A stretch of DNA of 30,295 nucleotides from Candidatus Eiseniibacteriota bacterium (GTDB taxonomy: Bacteria > Eisenbacteria > RBG-16-71-46 > DASYSL01), in assembly GCA_046595725.1 (NCBI GenBank), contig JBKJOC010000189.1, positions 1 to 30,295 of the forward strand, written 5' to 3'. This document shows positions 19,662 to 27,285 of this stretch, piece after piece (position 1 is the first letter of the stretch; each line of letters starts with the position of its first letter). The notes under the pieces were generated by a model that was not told the DNA's origin, did no database searches, and saw only the letters and a program-made list of their open reading frames with translations. The translations under genes were made by a program, and so were the position numbers.

Positions 19662-19943
19662 ATGGACGACCCGCGCCACGTCTTCCTTCATGCAAGCGAC
19701 GTGCTGGCTCGCTACGGCTGGGGTAAGACCAAGGGTTACCAGAACCTCAAGGACCGGGAGCTCGTGCCGCCGCCGGTGATGACCCACCCCGACAGATGGC
19801 GGCTGGACCAGTTGCTGAGGTGGGAGGAACGGCGGATGGCCTTGGCAGAGGCTGCGCTGGAGGCGCTCGTCGCGCCCGGCCGGGAACCGACGACCGTCAC
19901 TGACCTACTTCCCCAGCCCAAGCGTCGGCGGCGCGCGGGGTGA
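19662..19943 (+). CDS. Second AlpA/Xis-like small DNA-binding protein
   Basis: FLHASDVLARYGWGKTKGY...PPP...RWRLDQLLRWE pattern; starts 5 nt after the previous gene. Confidence 0.7.
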   Translation: MDDPRHVFLHASDVLARYGWGKTKGYQNLKDRELVPPPVMTHPDRWRLDQLLRWEERRMALAEAALEALVAPGREPTTVTDLLPQPKRRRRAG

Positions 19944-20134
19944 GCCGAGTGCGAGTTAAACGCGGCGAAATGACGCACCTCGCGATTTTGGCCGCAGGGC
20001 ACGGCAGATGGCGTGACCCGCTTGGACAAAGATCCGATCGAGGTTCTTCCTGTCGTCGTACTGGCACGCCTTGGGGCGCGGTTAGATGCGGTAGATGCCA
20101 CAGTGCCCGGAAACTTCTCCGGCCGGTTGCAGGG

Positions 20135-20905
20135 TTACGCGCGACGATGATGTCGGCAGCTCAGGCTGTTCTTGCACGGAGTGCCTTGCTTGGTAGGGAG
20201 CCCACATGTGCCGCTCAGTCCGACACGAACAATGAGCGGCGTCGTGTCCTTCGCTGGCAAGAGATGCCCGCTTCGCTTCATCTCTAGTTCGGCGATACTG
20301 AGTCGCTCGGATCGATCGTCCTCGCGCACTATCGCTGCCGATAGCAGCTGTTCGAGAGCTGCCGACGATTGAGTGGCAAGCGTCGCGGCGCACGCTTCAT
20401 CGTTTTGGTCGCGCGAGATGAGGCGCCAGTCGATCACGCGGTTTGAGATTGCCGCTACGTCGTTCAAGAAGACTCGCTGCGTGCGGCCGTTTCCTTCCCT
20501 GAACGGGTGCAACTGATTGATGTCGAGATAGAGCGACGCGATCTCACGCAAGAAGGTCGCATCATCCACGGTCGCGCTCATAAGCAATCCCGCTCGTAAG
20601 CGGTCAAAGATCTTGGTCGCCCGTGCCGCCAACGTGTCCGAAGGCCAGAAACCGTCGGGACCTGCCTTGCCGATCCCGACGGTCCGGAACAATCCGGCCC
20701 ATTCATACACGTCCTGAAAGAGGTGTCTATGAATGGCACTGAGGTGGGAGGCATCAAAGGTCTTGTTCGTTAGACCGTTCCAGCCAAGCAGGCGCGAGTC
20801 AACGAAATCGGCCTCTGCCTGCCGCAACTCATCGCGATCAGTCAACCCCAGACGATTCCGGAGGACGCCCGCGCTTCTGTCGAGATATGGGTCAGACGAC
20901 GCCAT
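20135..20905 (-). CDS. fic: Fic-domain adenylyltransferase toxin, class I (VbhT-like)
   Basis: Canonical HPFREGNGRTQR; N-terminal DPYLD...VLRNRLG; HRHLFQDVYEWAG. Confidence 0.92.
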   Translation of the reverse strand: MASSDPYLDRSAGVLRNRLGLTDRDELRQAEADFVDSRLLGWNGLTNKTFDASHLSAIHRHLFQDVYEWAGLFRTVGIGKAGPDGFWPSDTLAARATKIFDRLRAGLLMSATVDDATFLREIASLYLDINQLHPFREGNGRTQRVFLNDVAAISNRVIDWRLISRDQNDEACAATLATQSSAALEQLLSAAIVREDDRSERLSIAELEMKRSGHLLPAKDTTPLIVRVGLSGTCGLPTKQGTPCKNSLSCRHHRRA

Positions 20906-21071
20906 AGCGCTTGCGGGTACGTAGCAATACCTCGTCCGCGCCGATCTTTCCGTCTACGTAGTCCTGGGCGTCAGCAAAGAAGGCAGCGCTCGGCTCAGAG
21001 CCCTCGAGCCGGCCCGAGTGGACGGCGTCAGCAACTTTCTCACTGCGTTCAATTATCTGCCGTAGGTTCAT
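20892..21071 (-). CDS. vbhA: VbhA-like antitoxin (59 aa), absent from the ORF track
   Basis: Hand-translated MNLRQIIERSEKVADAVHSGRLEGSEPSAAFFADAQDYVDGKIGADEVLLRTRKRYGVV; SGRLEG fits (S/T)xxxE(G/N); overlaps fic start by 14 nt. Confidence 0.88.
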   Translation of the reverse strand: MNLRQIIERSEKVADAVHSGRLEGSEPSAAFFADAQDYVDGKIGADEVLLRTRKRYGVV

Positions 21072-21114
21072 GGGTCACTCTCCGTCCTTCGATAGTTGCG
21101 GTCCGCGTGCCCGA

Positions 21115-21154
21115 GCGAAGCGACTTCATTCTATGTCGCAGGCAACCGCTTCGC
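21115..21154. promoter_or_regulatory. Putative vbhA-fic promoter with nested inverted repeats
   Basis: Minus-strand TAGAAT (21128..21133) enclosed by GCGAC/GTCGC and GCGAAGCG/CGCTTCGC inverted repeats. Confidence 0.45.
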
Positions 21155-21187
21155 CCAACCGCACGACAACGCGTGCCGAACCGGCAG

Positions 21188-21388
21188 CTAACTAAGTAGC
21201 GACTGCGCGCGTTCGATCCGCTCTCGAAGGCCCTGCTGAAAGTTGGGGCTCTCCTTCACGGAAGCGATGTGAGTGTCAATCGCCGCTCGAATCACCTCAG
21301 AGATGGGCTGATTCTCGACATCAGCCACCGTCTCGAGCAGTTCAGCTTGCTCTAGAGACAGCCGGATCGTCATTGCCTTCTGAGTCAT
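21188..21388 (-). CDS. Ribbon-helix-helix (CopG/Arc-like) regulator, 66 aa
   Basis: MTQKAMTIRLSLEQAELLETVADVENQPISEVIRAAI fits the RHH beta-helix-helix pattern. Start at 21388 follows a TTGCAT-N17-TACGTT-N6 promoter. Confidence 0.8.
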   Translation of the reverse strand: MTQKAMTIRLSLEQAELLETVADVENQPISEVIRAAIDTHIASVKESPNFQQGLRERIERAQSLLS

Positions 21389-21394
21389 GCGCAA

Positions 21395-21486
21395 AACGTA
21401 CATCAAGAAACCGTGATATGCAAACACCGTGGCACCTTGGCGTGACGAAACCAATACAGTGGAGAACCGTGATACCGTGGTATCAC
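21395..21486. promoter_or_regulatory. Divergent promoter region with operator repeats
   Basis: Perfect GTGATACC-GT-GGTATCAC palindrome (21469..21486); AACCGTGATA at 21409 and 21465; ACCGTG at 21410, 21426, 21466, 21474; plus-strand TACAGT at 21455. Confidence 0.7.
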
Positions 21487-21528
21487 TTCGTACAACGCGG
21501 AGGGTTCTCGACACCAAGGAGGAGTGCG

Positions 21529-22041
21529 ATGACCGACCAGTCTCGCCCCAGCCCGATCGACATCCACATCGACGGTGTGAAGTACAAGCACCGCCCCGGC
21601 CCGATCACCCCGGCGGAGATCCGCCGGATCGCGGACCCCGACATCCCGGCAGACAAGGACGTCTGGCTCGACATCGACGACGACCTCGACCGTCGCCTCG
21701 ACGAGACCGACACGATCGACCTCGTCGCCGGCATGCATTTCTTCAGCGAGTTCCCCGCGATCACGATCACGATCGACCGGATCCCATACGAGGTGTACGA
21801 ACGCAAGATGACCGGGGCGCAGTTGCGGGTCCTCCCGTCGCCCGACGTGGCCGCGGACCGCGACCTGTGGCTCGACGTTCCCGACGCCCGCGACCGGAAG
21901 ATCCAGGACGAGGACGTCGTTACCCTCAAGGACGGCATGCGGTTCTTCACGGCCCCCGGCCGGATCAACCCGGGCCAGTCCACCGAGGCCGGTCAGGACG
22001 ACCAGGGTGAGGACCAGGGCCACGACGAGGTGACCCGGTGA
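21529..22041 (+). CDS. Multi-ubiquitin-domain protein (two beta-grasp repeats, ...INPG followed by 21-aa extension)
   Basis: Two repeats I.I.ID..Y......T..(E/Q)(I/L)R...P....D.D.WLD.....D........L..GM.FF; AAGGAGGAG RBS before ATG 21529. Confidence 0.85.
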   Translation: MTDQSRPSPIDIHIDGVKYKHRPGPITPAEIRRIADPDIPADKDVWLDIDDDLDRRLDETDTIDLVAGMHFFSEFPAITITIDRIPYEVYERKMTGAQLRVLPSPDVAADRDLWLDVPDARDRKIQDEDVVTLKDGMRFFTAPGRINPGQSTEAGQDDQGEDQGHDEVTR

Positions 22042-22421
22042 AGTTGCCGGCCATCGACAGCCAGTTCCTGAACAAGGCTGGCATCGCCTACCGGACCTTC
22101 GAGGACGGGAGCGGGATGCTGAACGTCGAACTCATCGACTTCCCGCTCCCGCCCGGGCTCACGGTGGCGACCGCGAACATCCTGTTCCGCCTGTCCGCAA
22201 ACTACCCGGACACGCCACCCGACATGTGGTGGACAATCCCGCACCTCACCTCGGTGAAGGGCGGCGTCATCCCCGCGACCGAGCACATCGAGCACTACGA
22301 CGGCCGGACCTGGCAGCGCTGGTCGCGGCACCTCGACCCGCAGGCGTGGCGCCCCGGGATCGACAGCCTCGAGAGTTACGTGCGCCTCCTGCGTAACGAG
22401 CTGGAGGTGGCCGCGGCATGA
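22038..22421 (+). CDS. Prokaryotic E2/UBC-like protein (family E), cysteine-free
   Basis: FPLPPG...ILFRLSANYPDTPPDMWW...WQRWSRH...WRPGIDSL; no Cys in the 127 aa; GTGA overlap with the Ubl gene. Confidence 0.85.
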   Translation: MKLPAIDSQFLNKAGIAYRTFEDGSGMLNVELIDFPLPPGLTVATANILFRLSANYPDTPPDMWWTIPHLTSVKGGVIPATEHIEHYDGRTWQRWSRHLDPQAWRPGIDSLESYVRLLRNELEVAAA

Positions 22422-23830
22422 TCGCTCAGGTGACCGCGGTCGAGGCCACGCTCTGTGTCGACGACCGGATCTACGACGACCTGTACGGCGCCGCGATCGG
22501 CCAGCTCGAGACCGGAGCGGTCGTGCTCGCCACCATGGTCACCTCCCCGACCGGTCAGGTGCGGCTCAAGGCGACCAAGGTGATCCCGGTGCCTGACGAT
22601 GCGTACCTGGTCAGGAAGAAGGACAGGCTCACGATCGGCTCCGAGGGTTACATGCACGCCCTCGCCGAGGCCGAGGCGACCGGCATGGTCGCGCTCTGGG
22701 CGCACACGCACCCGGGCGACGGGTCGCGGGTCTCGCCCAGCCGGCACGACCTGGTCGTGAACGACGAGTTGCGACAGGTGTTCGCGCTGCGTTCTTCCCT
22801 GGCGACGTACGGGTGGATCGTTCTGGGGCACCAGGACGGGCGGCTATCGTTCACTGGCGCCCTCGAGTCCGAGGGCCAGGAGCAGGTCCGGATCACGCGG
22901 CTGAACGTCGTGGGTAGCCGTTTCAACAGGCTGGTCGCCCAGGACGAGCGCGGGGCGAAGGACGCCGACGGGCTCCCGGACCTCTTCGACCGCAACATCC
23001 GCGCCCTCGGCACGGAGGTCCAGAAGGTCATCAGCGACCTGACCTTTGGCCTCGTCGGTGCTGGCGGGACCGGCTCCGCTGTGGCGGAGCAGCTCGTACG
23101 CCTCGGCGTACGCCGGCTCATCATCATCGACCCGGACACCCTCTCGATCAGCAACACCACGAGGGTCTACGGGTCGACCCCGGCCGACGTAGATCGACCG
23201 AAGGTCGAGGTCCTCGCCGACCACCTCAAGCGGATCGCTCCGGACCTCCAGGTTGAGATCGTCCAGGGGGACATCACAGCCGAGGCGGTCGCCCGGCGAC
23301 TTCTCGACGCCGACGTGGTCTTCGGCTGCACTGACGACAACGCCGGCCGGCTCCGCCTGTCGCGGCTGCCGTACTACTTCGATATCCCCGTGATCGACTG
23401 CGGTGTCATCCTCACCTCCGACAGCAACGACATCATCGAGGGGATCTTTGGCCGCGTCACGGTCCTTCACCCCGGCACCGCATGCCTGATGTGCCGCGAC
23501 CGTATCGACCTGGGGCGCGCCGAGGCCGAGGTCAGGGAGGTTGCTGAGCAGGAGCGTCTCGAGCGCGAGGGTTACGCGGCCGCTCTGCCTGGCGTCGAGC
23601 CGGCTCTGGTCCCGTTTACCACGATGGTCGCCGCATGGGCGGTCAGCGAGCTGCTCGAGAGGCTCATCGGCTACGGCGAGGACCCGACGCCGAGCGAGAT
23701 ACTGCTCCGGGTTCACGACCGTCGGGTCGGAGCGAACCTGCAGCCGCCGACGGAGGGCCACTACTGCGACCCCGACAAGCAGCTCGAGCACGACGAGGAC
23801 ATGTTCCTCGGGATGAACTGGACGCGGTGA
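22418..23830 (+). CDS. JAB/JAMM peptidase - ThiF/E1 adenylyltransferase fusion
   Basis: N-terminal E..G and HTHP-x8-SRHD; C-terminal GAGGTGS, IDPD, SNTTR, GCTDD, CLMC. ATGA overlap with the E2 gene. Confidence 0.9.
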   Translation: MIAQVTAVEATLCVDDRIYDDLYGAAIGQLETGAVVLATMVTSPTGQVRLKATKVIPVPDDAYLVRKKDRLTIGSEGYMHALAEAEATGMVALWAHTHPGDGSRVSPSRHDLVVNDELRQVFALRSSLATYGWIVLGHQDGRLSFTGALESEGQEQVRITRLNVVGSRFNRLVAQDERGAKDADGLPDLFDRNIRALGTEVQKVISDLTFGLVGAGGTGSAVAEQLVRLGVRRLIIIDPDTLSISNTTRVYGSTPADVDRPKVEVLADHLKRIAPDLQVEIVQGDITAEAVARRLLDADVVFGCTDDNAGRLRLSRLPYYFDIPVIDCGVILTSDSNDIIEGIFGRVTVLHPGTACLMCRDRIDLGRAEAEVREVAEQERLEREGYAAALPGVEPALVPFTTMVAAWAVSELLERLIGYGEDPTPSEILLRVHDRRVGANLQPPTEGHYCDPDKQLEHDEDMFLGMNWTR

Positions 23831-23832
23831 TC

Positions 23833-24177
23833 ATGGCGAAGTCGAACTGGCACACGATACTAAGCGGGCTCCTTGGCCGAGTCCTCCGACGCGTTCGGAT
23901 CCCGGGGCCTCCCGTGAACTCGGTCTTCGACGTCCCTGACCACCTGCCGCGGAATACCGGTGTGGTCGTCCGCAAAGGGGACGCCGATCAGTGGCTCGCG
24001 TTCGACTGCCCCTGCCGGGCCAGGCACCGCGTGATGCTCAACCTGGACCAGCGGGCCTGGCCGGTTTGGACGGTCCACGAGTCGGCGCCGCTCACGCTCG
24101 TGCCGAGCGTCGACGAGAAGACCGAACACGGACGGTGTCACTACGTCATCAAGAAGGGAAAGATTCGATGGGTGTGA
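23833..24177 (+). CDS. DUF6527-like small Cys/His protein
   Basis: WLAFDCPC...H.VMLNL...P.W....LTLVPSV....RCHYVIKKGKIRW. Real start ATG 23833 (or GTG 23827 overlapping the E1 stop). Confidence 0.72.
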   Translation: MAKSNWHTILSGLLGRVLRRVRIPGPPVNSVFDVPDHLPRNTGVVVRKGDADQWLAFDCPCRARHRVMLNLDQRAWPVWTVHESAPLTLVPSVDEKTEHGRCHYVIKKGKIRWV

Positions 24178-25244
24178 ACGAGGCAAACGAGAACGCAGGA
24201 GACGCGACCCGCGTCGATGCGGACAAGGCCTTCGAGGGTCCGTCGAAGGCCAGCGGGGAGGAGCCCGACATCCGGGTCGGTGCCGACGCGGCGGAGAGCC
24301 TTGCCCCGGGCCTGCCTGCGGAGCCGGCGATCCCCGCGGTCCCGACCCTGACGCCGACCCCTACTCCTGTCCCCCTGGCGACCGGGACGCAGACACGCGG
24401 CGTCAAGCGGACCCCGTTGTTTGCGGCCATCAACGCCGCGCGCTACGGGCGACAGGAGGCGATCGGCGAGATCGAGCAACTCACAGGTCGCACCTTGATC
24501 TGCCTCGTCGGCGAGAATGCCCTGATCGAGCGCGTCCACGTACCTGCCTTCGCCGACCTGCTGCACAACATCGACAAGGGCACCGGCATCGACCTGATGG
24601 TGAACAGCCCCGGCGGAGACATCGACACCGCAGAGAAGCTCATCACCTTGGTCAGGAAGAAGGCGGGTGACCAGTCGGTCCGGGTGATCGTGCCGGCCTA
24701 CGCGAAGAGCGCGGCGACCCTGATCGCGCTAGGAGCGCAGGAGATCGTGATGAGCGAGACGTCTGAACTGGGCCCGATTGACCCCCAGGTCACGCTCGTC
24801 GACGGTAACGGTCACAAAACCGTGCACTCAGCACAGAACTACGTCACGACCTACGAGGAGTTCGCGAGCAAACTTCAGAAGGACCCGGATGACATCGTCG
24901 CCAGGTTGATGCTCGACAAGCTCGACCCCGTCACCCTGCGCAAACTCACGCGATCAATGAAGCGGTCGAAGTCGATAGCCGCGGAACTGCTTCAGACTGG
25001 CATGGTGCCGAACGAGGCGGAAGCCTTGGCCATCGCTGACGCCCTCGCGGACACGAAGCGTTGGCACTCGCACGGGCAAATGATTGGCCACGAGAAGTGC
25101 GTGGGGCTCGGCCTGAAGGTTACGTACCTTCCCAGCTCGTCTGACCTTTGGCAGTTGCTTTGGCAGCTCTATTGCCTGCAGACATGGCATCTGAAGAGCG
25201 ATACCACTCTCTTCGAGAGCCGCATCGCGTCCCTGCTTATCTGA
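24168..25244 (+). CDS. SDH-family Clp-fold serine protease with Pro/Ala-rich N-terminal extension
   Basis: DLMVNSPGGD, VPAYAKSAATLIALGA.EI.M...SELGPIDPQ, HSHG. Start at ATG 24168 or GTG 24174, both overlapping the previous stop. Confidence 0.87.
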   Translation: MGVNEANENAGDATRVDADKAFEGPSKASGEEPDIRVGADAAESLAPGLPAEPAIPAVPTLTPTPTPVPLATGTQTRGVKRTPLFAAINAARYGRQEAIGEIEQLTGRTLICLVGENALIERVHVPAFADLLHNIDKGTGIDLMVNSPGGDIDTAEKLITLVRKKAGDQSVRVIVPAYAKSAATLIALGAQEIVMSETSELGPIDPQVTLVDGNGHKTVHSAQNYVTTYEEFASKLQKDPDDIVARLMLDKLDPVTLRKLTRSMKRSKSIAAELLQTGMVPNEAEALAIADALADTKRWHSHGQMIGHEKCVGLGLKVTYLPSSSDLWQLLWQLYCLQTWHLKSDTTLFESRIASLLI

Positions 25245-25285
25245 CCAGTTCGGTGCGCTGATTCGCGCAACCAGAACTGGGTCAG
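25241..25285. terminator. Imperfect long hairpin right after the protease stop; possible terminator
   Basis: CTGAC-CAGTTC-GGT-GCGC ... GCGC-AACC-A-GAACTG-G-GTCAG nested complementarity between convergent genes; no U-tract. Confidence 0.5.
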
Positions 25286-25475
25286 TCGCCCGCGGCGAAG
25301 ACCGTGTGGCGCCTGCTGTCTGGGTCGAGACGGAACCTGTGCTTTCGGGACTCGCCAAGCGCCACCTCCAGTGCATGCTGGCTAGCCCTTTCCGCGGCTG
25401 CAATAGCTTCACGATCTGTGTCATCTTTGCTGGATCGCGAGTGATCTCCGAAGATTCTCTCGGTGACAAGTGTTC

Positions 25476-26837
25476 TCATGCGTCAGACTCCTCACCCTTA
25501 GACAGCGATTCCATTTTGGATACTACGTCCGCCAGGGTCTGCTGCATCGCCCAACTTGGGTTGCGCTCGTGGCTGAAGTAGTGCTTCCGCTTCACCCAAA
25601 CGAAGCCGTCACCCTTAGAGATCACGGCAACGTCCGTAGCGCCGCCGACAGTCTCGTGCTGGCGATCCAGACTGACCCGGTTCCGAAGTGAAGTCAGTTC
25701 AACCAAGTTCTCGGCCAGATCTGCGATCTCACGTTTCGACAGAAACGCTGCGCTTGCCTCGATCGGCTCGACTCGGCGGCGGTGCACATCGTCCATGTAG
25801 GTCGCGAAGTCATTCCAGGAGGTGTTCATGTACCTCCGCGTCGCGGCACGCACCCTCTTCAGTTGGTTGGCTCCCATCTTGGGCGCCTCCGCCTTCACGA
25901 TCTCGAAGAGGGCGGTGTGGATCCCACCGGCCCAGGTCTGCCAAAAGGACGTGATGCTCCGCGCGACCGCGGGGTCGATGCCCTGCAGGAACATCACTGC
26001 TTCGTTCGTCTGCGCATAGGCGTGGATCAGAGCAGGTCGAGACGACGAAACTCGTTCGGCAGTCCCGTCTACTCGCACGAGTCTTCCTTCAACAAAGCCA
26101 GCGATCCTGCAGTGAGAAACGCCAGGGAACAGCTCCTCATTGCCGAAACCACAGATCACGACACCCGACCACACGGCGTTCTTCTCGGGAGGATTTAGCC
26201 GAAGGATGACCTTTAGAAGAACCGTCGCAAACTTCTTCCGAAGCTGGACCGTCAACGACAACTCCTTGAACTTCGACGGCAACATCTCAACGATCGCCGC
26301 GTGCCACTTTGCAAGGAACTCGTCCTCGTCGATCCCGTGCGCCCAGTCCAGGATCGGGAGCCCACCCATCTGACTGTCGACTTCATCCAACTTCTTCGAG
26401 AACAAGTTGCGCCGTTCAAGCTTGCTCGGTTCCTCCGCGACGAGTTCCTCAATAATCCCGTTGAGGAGCAACAAACAGAACGGGACCGCAAGAGTCTGGA
26501 GCATCTCCTCCTCGTCGATGGCACCCTCGACGTCAGGGATCGCCTTCTGTACATACGAAAGAAAGTCATCTACGTACTCGTCGAGCCGATCAAAGCGCGC
26601 CAACCGGTGCTTCTCCCGATATGACTTGACCAGCGATTCCCAAGGGATGCCGGCGATCTCGGCGCTGTTGTAGACCATCAGGCCTACCGGTACGCCTTTG
26701 ACCAACTCGAACAGTTTGTTGGCTTCGACATACGTCTTCATGACCTTGGGAGACTCTGGGCCGCTAGTAATGGTCACGGCACTATCGGCGGCAAGAGCAA
26801 CCGCAGACTTATTCAGAATCGCGATCTCGGTGGTCAA
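25476..26837 (-). CDS. Hypothetical protein with proteasome-beta/HslV-like (Ntn-hydrolase) N- and C-terminal motifs
   Basis: TTG start with AAGGAG RBS; mature TTEIAILNKSAVALAADS places Thr1 and Asp17 in register; NKLF; C-terminal TVGGATDVAVISKGDG. CDS is confident, fold call is inferred. Confidence 0.7.
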   Translation of the reverse strand: MTTEIAILNKSAVALAADSAVTITSGPESPKVMKTYVEANKLFELVKGVPVGLMVYNSAEIAGIPWESLVKSYREKHRLARFDRLDEYVDDFLSYVQKAIPDVEGAIDEEEMLQTLAVPFCLLLLNGIIEELVAEEPSKLERRNLFSKKLDEVDSQMGGLPILDWAHGIDEDEFLAKWHAAIVEMLPSKFKELSLTVQLRKKFATVLLKVILRLNPPEKNAVWSGVVICGFGNEELFPGVSHCRIAGFVEGRLVRVDGTAERVSSSRPALIHAYAQTNEAVMFLQGIDPAVARSITSFWQTWAGGIHTALFEIVKAEAPKMGANQLKRVRAATRRYMNTSWNDFATYMDDVHRRRVEPIEASAAFLSKREIADLAENLVELTSLRNRVSLDRQHETVGGATDVAVISKGDGFVWVKRKHYFSHERNPSWAMQQTLADVVSKMESLSKGEESDA

Positions 26838-27285
26838 GGGCCAACTCCTTCAGGGTCCCCAGAAGAGTAGTGATTCGACACCGCGACGGCTCGCATATCA
26901 ATGTTCGCGCGAGCGTCGAAAGGGCTCGCACAAGCGATCGATAGTCGACATTCTCGAACGGTCGGGCAGTTGGCCTTCAGAACTGGCGGGCACTAGCAAT
27001 CGCATTCCACGGGTTTCAGCGCGCAGGTCAACTGGTCACGACAAGGCACGCAGTCTAGGACGGATCCGCCCAACCCGTCGATGGGCAAGTGGAGCCGAAA
27101 GTTCGCTGGCAGGGCCGAAGGGATTCTGCGCGTCATTCTGGGCTGGTTGACCGCGCCTCACAGATCAGGCTGCGCCCGAAAGAACGAGACTCGCCATAGA
27201 TCGACGACCCGGTCGATATCGACGGGGTCAACGAAGGTGTCGACCGTGGACTTGGCCCGCTCGGTGCTCGGACTCTTGCAGTCGG

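Noticed and set aside
19940-20287. 115-aa ORF overlapping the stop of the AlpA-like gene
   Set aside because: Arg/Gly-rich with no motif, and its 3' half overlaps fic antisense.
21529-23830. CBASS Cap2/Cap3, canonical BilABCD, or ThiS/MoaD sulfur-carrier pathway
   Set aside because: No CD-NTase or cyclase; the E2 has no Cys and JAB is fused to E1; the Ubl has two domains and no thiamine, molybdopterin or cysteine-synthesis genes are nearby.
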